64,000 nt of DNA from a virus: IMG/VR virus record IMGVR_UViG_3300032223_002784, positions 1 through 64,000 of that record; one strand, given 5' to 3'. A program made the translations under genes and the position numbers. This document shows positions 16,179 through 25,830 of this stretch, piece after piece. The notes beneath the pieces are model-generated. The model was not told where the DNA came from. It saw only the letters and a program-made list of their open reading frames with translations, and ran no database searches. Position 1 is the first letter of the stretch, and each line of letters begins with the position of its first letter.

Positions 16179-16421
16179 TTAAGCGTGAGCATCCCCCACT
16201 AATTTGTTCTCTATTAACTTATCTCTTTCATCAACAATTTCATATGCAAAGTTTACTAATGCTGCTTCATTGCGGTTATAGTGATGACCACAAAACATCA
16301 ATTCTCCATTAACACCTTTAATAAGAACTAAGGCTTCAGCAGAACATTGATCACAACGATCAATAGGCCCTAAAATATATTTCTTTTCTTCTGATACTTC
16401 TTGTTCTACTGTCATATTCAT
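16179..16421 (-). CDS. hypothetical actinobacterial-type zinc-finger protein
   Basis: DRCDQC-x-A-x-A...LMFCGHH. Confidence 0.75.
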   Translation of the reverse strand: MNMTVEQEVSEEKKYILGPIDRCDQCSAEALVLIKGVNGELMFCGHHYNRNEAALVNFAYEIVDERDKLIENKLVGDAHA

Positions 16422-16456
16422 AATTATACTCTCTCTGTTAGGTTATTGGTAATTTG

Positions 16457-16529
16457 CTGGGGTGGTAGGACTCGGACCTACGACATTCCGATTAACAGTC
16501 GGACGCTCTGCCAGCTGAGCTACACCCCA
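16457..16529 (-). tRNA. tRNA-Asn(GTT)
   Basis: TCCGA-CTGTTAA-TCGGA arm; TGGGGTG/CACCCCA acceptor; promoter TTGACA-N18-TAGAAT at 16539-16568. Confidence 0.93.
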
Positions 16530-16536
16530 ATACTGC

Positions 16537-16824
16537 TTATTCTATATTACCATTATTTCTTTTGTCAAACATATCCAAGATATCTTGTGGAGTATCAATC
16601 ATTCTACGCTGTGCTTCAAACTTACCCAATTCAACAATTTCTGATGCAATAGTTCCCATCATATCAATAAGACCTTGTGCATAACGTTTGTCTTTTGAAT
16701 CTACATCTTCAATTTCTTTATTCATGTTTACTACAGATTTTACAAAATAATCACACAATTGCGTCAAAGAGATATAAATATCTTCTTCATTATCAATCGT
16801 TTTCATTGTTCCATTTGCTAGCAT
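16537..16824 (-). CDS. hypothetical protein
   Basis: 95-aa ORF with an AAAGGA SD. Confidence 0.7.
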   Translation of the reverse strand: MLANGTMKTIDNEEDIYISLTQLCDYFVKSVVNMNKEIEDVDSKDKRYAQGLIDMMGTIASEIVELGKFEAQRRMIDTPQDILDMFDKRNNGNIE

Positions 16825-16860
16825 TTCTATCCTTTGTTAGTAGTTATAGACTGTAGTCTA

Positions 16861-18702
16861 CTATAGAATTCTAAAGCTGTCAACAGGGATTTCATCTTCA
16901 TCATCTTCCAGCCCCATATATTCACGCAAGTTTGAGGGCATAACTGGTCTATCTGGCATCTTAATGGTTCCTTTTAATCTGGCATCAGATTCTTTCTTTA
17001 ATTGCTCAATCTCATCAGCAAAGACACCATCATAAGAGTAGATCTCAACCTCTTGGTCAGCATCTGGAGGGGTCAATGCAATAGCATTGTAAACAGCCCC
17101 ACAAACAGCGTCAGAAAGGTCCTTAGAGCCCTTTCTAGGGTGATCTACCTTATCCTTTACAATTCTTAGCTGTAACAACTCATCTATAAGTAATTGAATA
17201 TGTGGTCCATGCAATCTTTCTTCAGTTAAAGTAAGAGACATGTCTTCATAATGCTTTTTAGCAACTGAAAGTAATTCAGTATTGATTCCATTGGCTTTTA
17301 ATTGCTGCATCATATCATGTGAATTCCAACGGTCAAATGTAACCATCTTTAAATTAAAACCACGTTGCCTTAAACTAATTATATAATCTTTAACTTCTGT
17401 AAAATCTACAGACCTTGATGCTGTAGGTGTCCAATATCTTACTGCATCTATAATAACTCTGGGTGCTGATTCTTTATATTTATCGCCAATCTTCATTGTT
17501 ACCCACCCGCCAACATGGCTTAGTGCTACGGCACAATGGTCATGCTTTTGAGCAAGGTCAACGTGCACAAAATATGTTTTTTCTGGATCTGGTTTAAAGT
17601 CATCATCAAATCTGCCATAACTATCTACACCTTGCTTTGGATTGGAAAAAGCTTTTTCAATTACGACTCTATTCTTAAAGAACGCATCAGTAGCATCTGG
17701 TGGCATGCAAGCAAAACGAGACAATGCATCCGTTGGGTCTGAATAAAAGTCAATAGTAAAATCTTCAATCGTTCTTGTTGGATTAATATCCCATGTTGGT
17801 CTTTTTAGGGCAAACATTCTAGGGACTTTGTAGGATATGATGTGATCTTCTTCCCACTCAATCTCAAATTCATTTCCAACCGTTCCATCTGGCAAATCTG
17901 GATCAACTTTAAATCTATGATGTCTAAGAACTACTTCTTTCTCCGCTACCGCTTCATTATATTTTTGCTGAATATAATCCATTTTAAAGCGTGGGAATGA
18001 AAGTAAAATTACTTTTCCAAAATCTGGAAAACGTGAATTAACTGAAGCACGATACATCTTGTAAATAGACGATGCAGTTTTAGCTTGTGCATGACCAGAT
18101 GTTGATTCAAGTTCAAAACCTGAAATTTCGTCAAGAATAATTACAATAACGTTATATCCTTCCCATGATTCACTTTCTGAGTGACCTGAGTGAACTGTAA
18201 TTGATTTATCAAATTCAACCATATTGGCTTTTGGAATATATTTTCCTTGGAACCAAGGAGACCTAGTAATGCGTTGATTAAATCCTTTAAAGAAAACTCG
18301 GTTAGCCTGTACTGCGTTAATAGCAATGTTAATAATATCAATGGCATCCCCTGGAGGCTTTCCATAATAAACTGCTGGATCTGCTAAACATAATAATAAA
18401 TGCACTACATAAGCACAAGCAATAGTAGATGTATAGTCTTTTCCAGAACCCTTTCCAAGTTGTAGAATAACTTCACTACAAGTTTGCTTCCAAATCTTTT
18501 CGCCTTCTTCTGGGCCATAAAGTTTTATTAATGTGTCTCTTTTATAAACTTGGGTGGAAGCACGAATCATTTGATATTGGTATTCGGATAATGGTGGTAG
18601 CCCTAGATATTCTTTATCTGTTACAAATTGTTCAATTGTAACAGGCTTTTCTGAAAATTCATCACCTTCAAGTGCATCAATGAAAGCACTAAAATCAGCC
18701 AT
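16861..18702 (-). CDS. terL: terminase large subunit
   Basis: Walker A LGKGSGKD, Walker B IILDE, RNase-H-like nuclease HVDLA...TFDRW...DHP-x2-GSKDLSDA. Confidence 0.93.
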   Translation of the reverse strand: MADFSAFIDALEGDEFSEKPVTIEQFVTDKEYLGLPPLSEYQYQMIRASTQVYKRDTLIKLYGPEEGEKIWKQTCSEVILQLGKGSGKDYTSTIACAYVVHLLLCLADPAVYYGKPPGDAIDIINIAINAVQANRVFFKGFNQRITRSPWFQGKYIPKANMVEFDKSITVHSGHSESESWEGYNVIVIILDEISGFELESTSGHAQAKTASSIYKMYRASVNSRFPDFGKVILLSFPRFKMDYIQQKYNEAVAEKEVVLRHHRFKVDPDLPDGTVGNEFEIEWEEDHIISYKVPRMFALKRPTWDINPTRTIEDFTIDFYSDPTDALSRFACMPPDATDAFFKNRVVIEKAFSNPKQGVDSYGRFDDDFKPDPEKTYFVHVDLAQKHDHCAVALSHVGGWVTMKIGDKYKESAPRVIIDAVRYWTPTASRSVDFTEVKDYIISLRQRGFNLKMVTFDRWNSHDMMQQLKANGINTELLSVAKKHYEDMSLTLTEERLHGPHIQLLIDELLQLRIVKDKVDHPRKGSKDLSDAVCGAVYNAIALTPPDADQEVEIYSYDGVFADEIEQLKKESDARLKGTIKMPDRPVMPSNLREYMGLEDDEDEIPVDSFRIL

Positions 18703-19222
18703 TTATTATTACTGCCTCAACTTGTCCAGTTACCTCGGACAATCTTCTTGAAACTTCCCATTTACAATGATCACAATTGGCTGTTACTTCTTTAAGTATT
18801 CCAACTAAAATCTCTTGCTTTCTTTCATTCTCTAGAAGAGTATCTGTCATGCTGTCATTTTCTAAGACTCCCGCCTTATTCAACATATCAATGCGTTTTG
18901 CTTCAATGTCAGCAATCAACTTAAGTGTCTGTGCCTTTACATTTAATGCATCCTGAGCATCAGCTTGTTCAACTGTACGCCAAGCTTCCTTGATCAACAT
19001 ATTGTAATGCTCATCTGCCCCAGCTAAAGCTTCCTTAGCACGAGATTTTATGGCATTGTTATCTTGGACCAATACTTTCCAAGTATTAATATGTGTATCT
19101 ACTTGAACACGAGTAAGTTCTAGGCTACGTGAAATTTGTGCGGGAGTATTACCTTTAAGTAATTCCTCAACCACCTTGTTCATTTGGTCAAATTGACCTG
19201 CAACTTCTATTTCATTATCCAT
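18695..19222 (-). CDS. HTH/coiled-coil protein, candidate terminase small subunit
   Basis: N-terminal HTH (GNTPAQISRSLELTRVQV); lies directly upstream of terL. Confidence 0.55.
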   Translation of the reverse strand: MDNEIEVAGQFDQMNKVVEELLKGNTPAQISRSLELTRVQVDTHINTWKVLVQDNNAIKSRAKEALAGADEHYNMLIKEAWRTVEQADAQDALNVKAQTLKLIADIEAKRIDMLNKAGVLENDSMTDTLLENERKQEILVGILKEVTANCDHCKWEVSRRLSEVTGQVEAVIING

Positions 19223-19397
19223 TATCTGTTTTATAAAACCCTGATCCTTTGAATTGAACTCCTACGTTATTTACCACTACCCGAGACATATAAGAACCAC
19301 AAGCACAAGTCATATCAAGATCCCGATCATCTATACTTCTTTGCTCTTCAACAATATGACTTTCATCATCTAAGCATTTATACACATATGTTGGCAT
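19215..19397 (-). CDS. FmdB-family zinc-ribbon protein
   Basis: MPTYVYKC...CACG-x2-M-x-R...FKGSGFYKTD. Confidence 0.88.
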   Translation of the reverse strand: MPTYVYKCLDDESHIVEEQRSIDDRDLDMTCACGSYMSRVVVNNVGVQFKGSGFYKTDNG

Positions 19398-19402
19398 AAC
19401 TA

Positions 19403-19432
19403 ATTATACCGCTTTGTTCCTCTTCATGTCAA
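19403..19432 (-). promoter_or_regulatory. SigA-type promoter for the fmdB-terminase operon (leaderless)
   Basis: TTGACA-N18-TATAAT with the ATG 5 nt downstream. Confidence 0.75.
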
Positions 19433-19745
19433 GTCCAACTTTATACAAGATTAAATAACCAATCAAATCATCAACATCATTATCTCCCGCATATGATTGT
19501 TCATTCTTAATACGACTTAACTTATCATCAATTCTATTTCTAAGGCCATCTAAATCATCACCTTTTGAAAAAATGCTGATAGGCTGCAAAGCTGAATTAC
19601 CATATGAAATATTCTTATCAATAAGCATATGTGCAATTTCATGACATTTTTCCAAGATTTTGTGTCCTGCTGGAGCATTTATGGCATGCAAATATAGATC
19701 ATCACATCTAAACTCTTTTACATCTTCATATATTGGCTTAAGCAT
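19404..19745 (-). CDS. nucleotide-modification-associated domain protein (Nmad1/DUF1599-like)
   Basis: KNISYGNS...RIDDKLSRI...DDLIGYLIL. Confidence 0.75.
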   Translation of the reverse strand: MLKPIYEDVKEFRCDDLYLHAINAPAGHKILEKCHEIAHMLIDKNISYGNSALQPISIFSKGDDLDGLRNRIDDKLSRIKNEQSYAGDNDVDDLIGYLILYKVGLDMKRNKAV

Positions 19746-20641
19746 TACTTATTCTCCTCTATCCATTTTTCAAGCATTATCGTTGATTTCCAGCCAAAAT
19801 CTGTCCTGATTTTAGATGTATCTGAAAGACTCATTCTAACCTCCGCAAGTCTTGGTGGAATATATTCTATCCTATCAGATATCATTGATGCAAGTTCATT
19901 AATTGAATAATTTTTTCCAGCCCCGACATTATACAATGTACCAAAAGATATACTTTCATCTGGAAGTGTGGCAGCCAAAATATTAGCATTTACTGCATCA
20001 GAAACATGCGTAAATTCTCTTTTTTGTTCGCCATCCCCGACAATTGTTAATGGCATGCCTTCTTTAAATTGCTTAAGGAATAAACCAACAACAGGGGCAT
20101 ATTGACCCTTTAAAGGTTGCCTTTCGCCATAAACGTTAAAATATCTAAAGAATACAGTATCAAGTCCGTGAAGTTTTGTATACATAGAGCAAAGTTTTTC
20201 TCCTGTAGTTTTTGATATTGAATAAGCGTTTAAACAATCATCTGGATAAGATTCAATGCTTGGGATTGGATTGTTCCCATAGGCAGATGATGTTGATGAA
20301 TAAATAACTCTTTTTACTCCTGCTTCTCTTGAGCATTGCAAAACTGTTACTGTTCCTACAGCGTTGACAGAAATTGCTTGTATTGGATTTTTTATGGCTG
20401 GCTGAATTCTTGATTCGGCAGCTAAATGAAAAACATAATCAACTTCATTATATAAATCTCTTGTATTTTCATAATCACGTATGTCTAATTTATGATTAGA
20501 TGCTTTTTCATTCCAGTAAAACTGATCATGACAATCTGAAGATTCATTATCTATTACAACAACTTCATGACCTAGATTTATCAAAGCATCAACTAAATTT
20601 GAACCTATAAATCCTGCTCCGCCTGTTACTAAAGACTTCAT
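19745..20641 (-). CDS. NAD-dependent nucleotide-sugar epimerase/dehydratase
   Basis: VTGGAGFIGS, HLAA, SSTSSAYG, YSISK, RYFNVYG. Confidence 0.93.
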   Translation of the reverse strand: MKSLVTGGAGFIGSNLVDALINLGHEVVVIDNESSDCHDQFYWNEKASNHKLDIRDYENTRDLYNEVDYVFHLAAESRIQPAIKNPIQAISVNAVGTVTVLQCSREAGVKRVIYSSTSSAYGNNPIPSIESYPDDCLNAYSISKTTGEKLCSMYTKLHGLDTVFFRYFNVYGERQPLKGQYAPVVGLFLKQFKEGMPLTIVGDGEQKREFTHVSDAVNANILAATLPDESISFGTLYNVGAGKNYSINELASMISDRIEYIPPRLAEVRMSLSDTSKIRTDFGWKSTIMLEKWIEENK

Positions 20642-21300
20642 TATTTCACTCCATTAAACGGTATAGTATAAATTTCATTATCATTTGTTCCGCCCCATTT
20701 TTTAATATAGTGAAGAACAACTGATTGTGATTGCTCTAGCCAGATTTGTGCTTGTATCGGGTCTTTTATTGTATTTGAAGCAATATGAGAAACTTGGCAA
20801 TCTACTAATGATGAACTTTTATAACCTGCAAGCTTTAATCTTCTATAATAATCGCAATCTAGATAATAACCAGATTTCTGTGGAGGCCAAGATTCGTCTC
20901 CCCACTCTCCTATTTCTTTTACAGCTTCTGTATTAAATGCACAAAAAACATCATAATGGGTAAAAACAACTCCCCATTTTTCACTTAAATTCTCAACATG
21001 ATTAATCAATCTAACATCTGAATCATCATGAATCTCACCATCATTATGCATAAAAGAATAATAATCAAAATTATTATCAATGGCATATTGCCTCATAATG
21101 TTTTGAGTTTCCATAAAACTTCTTGGATTGAATGGTTCCCAAATTCTAAAGGGTGTGCCATAATAAAGTTTCTCTGGGATTGTAGAGCCAGAATTATTAA
21201 AAATAATATAATCATCATATAGCCTTGGCTTTACACTTCTTGCTGCTTTTTCTAAAAGATCAAAATTATTTACAACTGGAATAAATATAAATTTTTTCAT
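20641..21300 (-). CDS. GT-A fold glycosyltransferase (GT2-like)
   Basis: IFIPVVN...MHNDG...VKEIGEWGDE...DCDYYRRL. Confidence 0.75.
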   Translation of the reverse strand: MKKFIFIPVVNNFDLLEKAARSVKPRLYDDYIIFNNSGSTIPEKLYYGTPFRIWEPFNPRSFMETQNIMRQYAIDNNFDYYSFMHNDGEIHDDSDVRLINHVENLSEKWGVVFTHYDVFCAFNTEAVKEIGEWGDESWPPQKSGYYLDCDYYRRLKLAGYKSSSLVDCQVSHIASNTIKDPIQAQIWLEQSQSVVLHYIKKWGGTNDNEIYTIPFNGVK

Positions 21301-21923
21301 TTAGCAAGCCAGCCAATAATTCTGCTATCTTTGCTCTCCTCTATTAAGGTATATCCTGATTTTGCAGCAAAGTCATTTACAGCTTTTCTTACACTTGGCA
21401 TAGATAAATCATCCACTAAGATATTGTTTATCTTAAGTCTCGCACACTGCTCTAGGTCCGACATTGCATATTCATATGCGTGATGACCATCTACCCATGC
21501 AAGATCAAATTTTACTTTATCATTAAACTCTGGCATTGTTTTGGTTGAATCACCTTCAATAAAAGTAATAAAATTTTCACCAAAATGTTCATTAATTAGA
21601 TCTGTGCAAGTTTTGCTTTCAGGATCAATCCCAAACGTCCATATCTTACAACTTGGAATTTCCATCTTACAGAAATAAGAATATGAGCCTTTGTGTGTAC
21701 CAACTTCTAAGATATTTTTTGGCTTTAACAAAAGAAAAGCTTTTTTATGCAAGGATGTTTGTTGAAAACTTCCATTCATATCATCCCAACCAAAAGTTGA
21801 GCCTTCAATTTGATCCCAGGTCCCAAATAACTTATTTAAAAAATCGTAATCATAATTTGGGAACATGCTGTTAAATCTTGACTTATCTATAGATAAAGAA
21901 TTTTTAAACATTATTTTGTCCAT
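21297..21923 (-). CDS. class I SAM-dependent methyltransferase (Methyltransf_24-like)
   Basis: ILEVGTHKGSY...GID...EGDS...FDLAWVDGHH-x-YE...VDD. Confidence 0.88.
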   Translation of the reverse strand: MDKIMFKNSLSIDKSRFNSMFPNYDYDFLNKLFGTWDQIEGSTFGWDDMNGSFQQTSLHKKAFLLLKPKNILEVGTHKGSYSYFCKMEIPSCKIWTFGIDPESKTCTDLINEHFGENFITFIEGDSTKTMPEFNDKVKFDLAWVDGHHAYEYAMSDLEQCARLKINNILVDDLSMPSVRKAVNDFAAKSGYTLIEESKDSRIIGWLAK

Positions 21924-22072
21924 TTTCTAGGTTTTTTAATCAAGCCGTATCTTTCTAACTCACGCTGGATAGTCATGTGAGAACATTTAGCCTCCATTGC
22001 CATTTGCAATACAGTCTTTTTCTCTATAACATATCTTTTGTAAATCCAATCTTTACTATCATATAACTTCAT
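21911..22072 (-). CDS. small HTH DNA-binding protein (53 aa)
   Basis: Read manually: MKLYDSKDWIYKRYVIEKKTVLQMAMEAKCSHMTIQRELERYGL. Confidence 0.7.
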   Translation of the reverse strand: MKLYDSKDWIYKRYVIEKKTVLQMAMEAKCSHMTIQRELERYGLIKKPRKWTK

Positions 22073-22616
22073 TTATTGCATACCACGCTATTCCCGCTGC
22101 ATCAGCGACGTTATCATTTTCAGTGTCAATGCCCATTCCTTTAACAAAGGTAATTGTCCGAGCTTTTCTAAGTTCTCGGATTCTTCCTTTGTACCAATTT
22201 TCTGACTTGCCTGGAAACTCATCTTTAACCGCCTGCTTTTCAGCTTTTGTAAAATTTTTATTACCCAGATAGGATTGCCAAGTTATTGGATGAATCTCCA
22301 CAACTTCTACTCCATCACTAAGTAACTCTCCCATTATAGCACCAAATACGTATGCCATCTTAATTCCAGTGGCTACGGATTTGACTGAAATAGCTGCTTC
22401 CATTACAACAAAATCTGTATCTAATTCATGCTTGAACGCCTTGATCTTTCTTTTAGCATCAAGTATTCTTTCGTATACATCTGATCCTTCAAAAACTATT
22501 TCCCCCCACTTTACAGCAACCTTTTCTTGCATAAGACAAAACGCAAAGCTATTTGTGCTAGCGTCTATACCCAATACCTTATGTGCTTTAGGTTTAACTA
22601 ATTTAGCCAGAGACAC
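22059..22616 (-). CDS. RuvC-like Holliday junction resolvase
   Basis: VLGIDAS...VVME...P-x-TWQ...DNVADAAGIA. Confidence 0.85.
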   Translation of the reverse strand: MSLAKLVKPKAHKVLGIDASTNSFAFCLMQEKVAVKWGEIVFEGSDVYERILDAKRKIKAFKHELDTDFVVMEAAISVKSVATGIKMAYVFGAIMGELLSDGVEVVEIHPITWQSYLGNKNFTKAEKQAVKDEFPGKSENWYKGRIRELRKARTITFVKGMGIDTENDNVADAAGIAWYAINEVI

Positions 22617-22890
22617 GTTTTATCATTTCTACAAGGGCTTTTCTTTCAGCTTCTTTTTTAGCACCAACGCATTTATCGCAAATGCTTGTAGAATTATATC
22701 TACTTAACTCTACATTACAGCCTTTAGTCTTACAATATCTTTTTGCTCCCGCTAACCTTGCCTTTTTCTCATAGTATGCTTCTTTTAATTTATCGTTTGT
22801 AGCAATACGGCAACATTCATCAGAACAATACTTTTGATTATGGGTTTTTGGAGTAAAATCTTTTTTGCATTCTTTATAAGAACATTTCAC
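22603..22890 (-). CDS. Cys-rich zinc-finger protein
   Basis: C-x4-C...QKYCSDECC...C-x4-C...C-x2-C. Confidence 0.75.
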   Translation of the reverse strand: MKCSYKECKKDFTPKTHNQKYCSDECCRIATNDKLKEAYYEKKARLAGAKRYCKTKGCNVELSRYNSTSICDKCVGAKKEAERKALVEMIKRVSG

Positions 22891-23672
22891 TTTTCAAGCA
22901 CCAATGGTTCTATATAAACTTCGCCAAGGTCTTTCTTATCTTCCCAACATACTTTCTTTACTGGACAACCCTTACAAGCCCATTGCGACTTGGTGAATGT
23001 TCTCTCTGGCAAAGTTCCAGCCTCGTATGCACCATAAACTTTACGCATCCAGTCCCATACTCCGTCAACAAGTTTAGTATTCTTTTCGTCCATATTAATT
23101 GGAATAATTAAGAAACTATTATCATTCTTATTTTCATAGAAAAAGAAACCTTGTTCTGCTCCACGAATTTTCATATATGTAAGAAGCTGAACTTTATGAT
23201 AAGGTAGACCCTGCATTTCAGCTTGTCTAATTGCAAAAATTTCTTCCTTAGCGGATTTAATTTCCCCTACTACTTCTTTTCCATTCCAGTCAATAAAAGT
23301 GTCTGCAAATCCTCTAATTGGTGGATCATCATTGGTAACTTCTGTTTCATTCGCCTTGAATACTGGTGTTTTAGCCATGACTTTCTGTATGCGATCATGG
23401 ACATACGTACCATTATCCATATTAACGACACCCATAGCATCGGTTTCATTTTCAAATTCAGCACCAGTAAAAGCAATGAACCAATATCTAGGGCAGTTAC
23501 CGTTACCATAACCAACACCGCTAGGACTAAAAGTTTTCTTTTGAGTAAATTCATTTGGCCTCTTTCCACTTAAAACTGCTTCTTCATACATTTTTGCAAA
23601 CTCATTTGGGTCAAATCCATTTGGATCTAACACCTTTTGAAACTTTAAGTTTGCTATTAAATCTCTAGCCAT
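22887..23672 (-). CDS. Cas4-like PD-(D/E)XK exonuclease
   Basis: CPR...GTYVH...G-x-AD...EIKS...QLLTY...C-x2-C-x5-C. Confidence 0.88.
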   Translation of the reverse strand: MARDLIANLKFQKVLDPNGFDPNEFAKMYEEAVLSGKRPNEFTQKKTFSPSGVGYGNGNCPRYWFIAFTGAEFENETDAMGVVNMDNGTYVHDRIQKVMAKTPVFKANETEVTNDDPPIRGFADTFIDWNGKEVVGEIKSAKEEIFAIRQAEMQGLPYHKVQLLTYMKIRGAEQGFFFYENKNDNSFLIIPINMDEKNTKLVDGVWDWMRKVYGAYEAGTLPERTFTKSQWACKGCPVKKVCWEDKKDLGEVYIEPLVLEK

Positions 23673-23998
23673 TATGCCCCATATCTTGCAGAATACTTAA
23701 GAGCATCTACTAGTCTATTTATTGCTTCTTCTGCTGTGTAGTATACGTTCTTCTTTTTTGCATTCTCCCCGCCTTTTTCAAAGGTGGTATAGTATCTAGA
23801 AAGGACTGCAAATTTAGCACTGAGAGCTTGCATCTTTACTATAAGATCAGGAGCCTTAGATGAAGGAACATCTGGCTTGGCAATTAACTTGATAATTAAA
23901 TCAAGTGCAAAGTCTAGATCTTTATCGTTCATAAAATCTTTGAGATCATTGAATTCTGTTAATTCACTAATTAATTCAATAGTTGGCTTTTCTGTCAT
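23672..23998 (-). CDS. hypothetical protein
   Basis: 108-aa ORF ending LVDALKY, coupled in the recombination operon. Confidence 0.75.
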   Translation of the reverse strand: MTEKPTIELISELTEFNDLKDFMNDKDLDFALDLIIKLIAKPDVPSSKAPDLIVKMQALSAKFAVLSRYYTTFEKGGENAKKKNVYYTAEEAINRLVDALKYSARYGA

Positions 23999-24177
23999 TC
24001 CATAATCCTAACACAGAATTGACATGGATCTCCGCCTTCTTCCCATTCATTTTCTTCTTCTTCTGTTAAAGATGGAACGCCATCGTGTGTGGCACAAAAC
24101 ATATCTGTAATCCAACCACGCTCAACTCCATTATTAAACCAAATTTGAAATTCATTAAGGTCTTCATCTTTAATCAT
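23995..24177 (-). CDS. hypothetical protein
   Basis: GVERGWI...CATHDG...GGDPC. Confidence 0.75.
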   Translation of the reverse strand: MIKDEDLNEFQIWFNNGVERGWITDMFCATHDGVPSLTEEEENEWEEGGDPCQFCVRIME

Positions 24178-24478
24178 TATGTGTCTCCCAACACTCTATT
24201 AATTGTTCTAGCAATGCCCATTCTATGACCGCAAGTCTAGTTTTAGAACCTTCGCCACCGAGTACCAGTTTAAGTACTGGGCTTTTATTCCTACTAACTT
24301 TAAAAGTATCTGTACAAATTTTAGCCCATATAGTTTTTGAGATAGATATTGATTTTTCGTACTCTTTATAATCAACCACAAAATCATGCCAGATAGCATC
24401 CCCTTTTTGGTAGTCCCCACGACCAGAATTTTTTTGACCTTTTGCTCCATCACGCTTAATTTCCCCACGCTCTGACAT
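24170..24478 (-). CDS. PD-(D/E)XK nuclease, Hjc-like resolvase candidate
   Basis: E...NSG...KGD...VDYKE. Confidence 0.65.
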   Translation of the reverse strand: MSERGEIKRDGAKGQKNSGRGDYQKGDAIWHDFVVDYKEYEKSISISKTIWAKICTDTFKVSRNKSPVLKLVLGGEGSKTRLAVIEWALLEQLIECWETHND

Positions 24479-24684
24479 TAAATAACCACACTAGAATCAT
24501 GACCGTTTGAACAAGTCCAATGGATTCTGTTATGCATTCTATCAATGTATCCGTCATATGTAATCTCTTTACAGTCATTGTCTTGGCATTGAAAAGAACC
24601 ACTTGCAGGTTCATTAATAACTACATCTACTTTTTTATCTTTACTTAAAAACTGCTCAAGACTTGTCATAGATTTCCTTTTCAA
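24478..24684 (-). CDS. hypothetical zinc-binding protein
   Basis: FQCQDNDC...WTCSNGH. Confidence 0.7.
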   Translation of the reverse strand: MKRKSMTSLEQFLSKDKKVDVVINEPASGSFQCQDNDCKEITYDGYIDRMHNRIHWTCSNGHDSSVVI

Positions 24685-25654
24685 GTTTTGTTACAACTTC
24701 TGGATTCTCTCTAAGGTACTGCACAGCTTTTGCACGACCTTGAAATCTTTCTTCATTAACTGTATACCAAGCACCGCCTTTTTGAACAATACCCATCATT
24801 TCGGCTGTATCAAGGATTTCTCCAACACCGTCAATTCCCACATTTTCCCCTTGATAATAAAAGTCGTATTGACCTGAAAGGTTAGGGGGTCCGAGTTTGT
24901 TATAGTCAACAATCCAGTTAACGGGACGGCCAACTCTTTGTTCAATAATCTTATCGCCAACTTGGATGCCAGATTTAATAGCATTTGCTTCGGCTTCAGA
25001 AGACCAAAGCTTAATGATGGTTGATGAGAAAAATTTAACAGCCATGCCCCCTGTTGGAATGTGAGAGGCATGCATAGATCCGAACTGATTTCTCTGCTGC
25101 GAAATAAGTACAAGCAGCGTATTTTTATTGGCATAATTAAGCATTTTGACTGCATGTGTCATGTCCTTTGCTTCTGCACCAATCTGTTTGGTGTCTTCAA
25201 GTTTCTTTAAATCTGTGCTATCTTTTTCAAAATAGATAGCGGGGAGTAGTGCTGAAATAGAATCAACCACTATTAAATCTACTCCCGCTTCCATCAATTG
25301 TTGTGCAACATCAACCATATCATTAATAGATTTAGCAGATGAATAAATAAGCTTATCTGAATCAACTCCAAGCTTTCTTGCCCAATCTGCTGAATAAGAT
25401 GCTTCTGCATCAATCCAAGCACAAGTCTTACCATTTTTTTGTGCATCAGCAATCATCTGTAAACAAAATGATGATTTACCAGCGGATTTATTTCCCCATA
25501 CAAGAATTTGACGACCATAACCAAACCCGCCCTTTAAGGCCATGTTCAATCCAATACTAGGTGTCTTTTGCTTTTCTACGTCTATCTTTGTTGCTAACTG
25601 CACTCTTGCTCTTGTTTTTGGGTCCAGTTTTGCTAGAATCTCTTCCGCTATCAT
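24656..25654 (-). CDS. recA: RecA-like recombinase
   Basis: Walker A GNKSAGKS, WIDAE, IVVDSISAL, ISQQR, TGG, GAWY, FQG. Confidence 0.93.
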   Translation of the reverse strand: MIAEEILAKLDPKTRARVQLATKIDVEKQKTPSIGLNMALKGGFGYGRQILVWGNKSAGKSSFCLQMIADAQKNGKTCAWIDAEASYSADWARKLGVDSDKLIYSSAKSINDMVDVAQQLMEAGVDLIVVDSISALLPAIYFEKDSTDLKKLEDTKQIGAEAKDMTHAVKMLNYANKNTLLVLISQQRNQFGSMHASHIPTGGMAVKFFSSTIIKLWSSEAEANAIKSGIQVGDKIIEQRVGRPVNWIVDYNKLGPPNLSGQYDFYYQGENVGIDGVGEILDTAEMMGIVQKGGAWYTVNEERFQGRAKAVQYLRENPEVVTKLEKEIYDKS

Positions 25655-25811
25655 TCATACTCTTTTCTAGGTCTATTGCTAATTCTTTAATCTGTTCATT
25701 ACGGCTTGTTGCTAAGAAATCTATAATATTATAGATTGCCCTTTCGTCTTCTGCTCTTATTACTAGCAGATACTCGTTTTCCGTTCCTTTAAGTACATAG
25801 GATTGAGCCAT
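25557..25811 (-). CDS. hypothetical protein (C-terminal tail overlaps recA)
   Basis: Leaderless ORF after GGTATAAT. Confidence 0.6.
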   Translation of the reverse strand: MAQSYVLKGTENEYLLVIRAEDERAIYNIIDFLATSRNEQIKELAIDLEKSMNDSGRDSSKTGPKNKSKSAVSNKDRRRKAKDT

Positions 25812-25830
25812 ATACTTTATTATACCTTAT

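Noticed and set aside
22887-23672. Cas4-like gene as evidence of a CRISPR-Cas system
   Set aside because: No repeat-spacer array or other cas genes are visible; solo Cas4-like nucleases are common in phage recombination modules.
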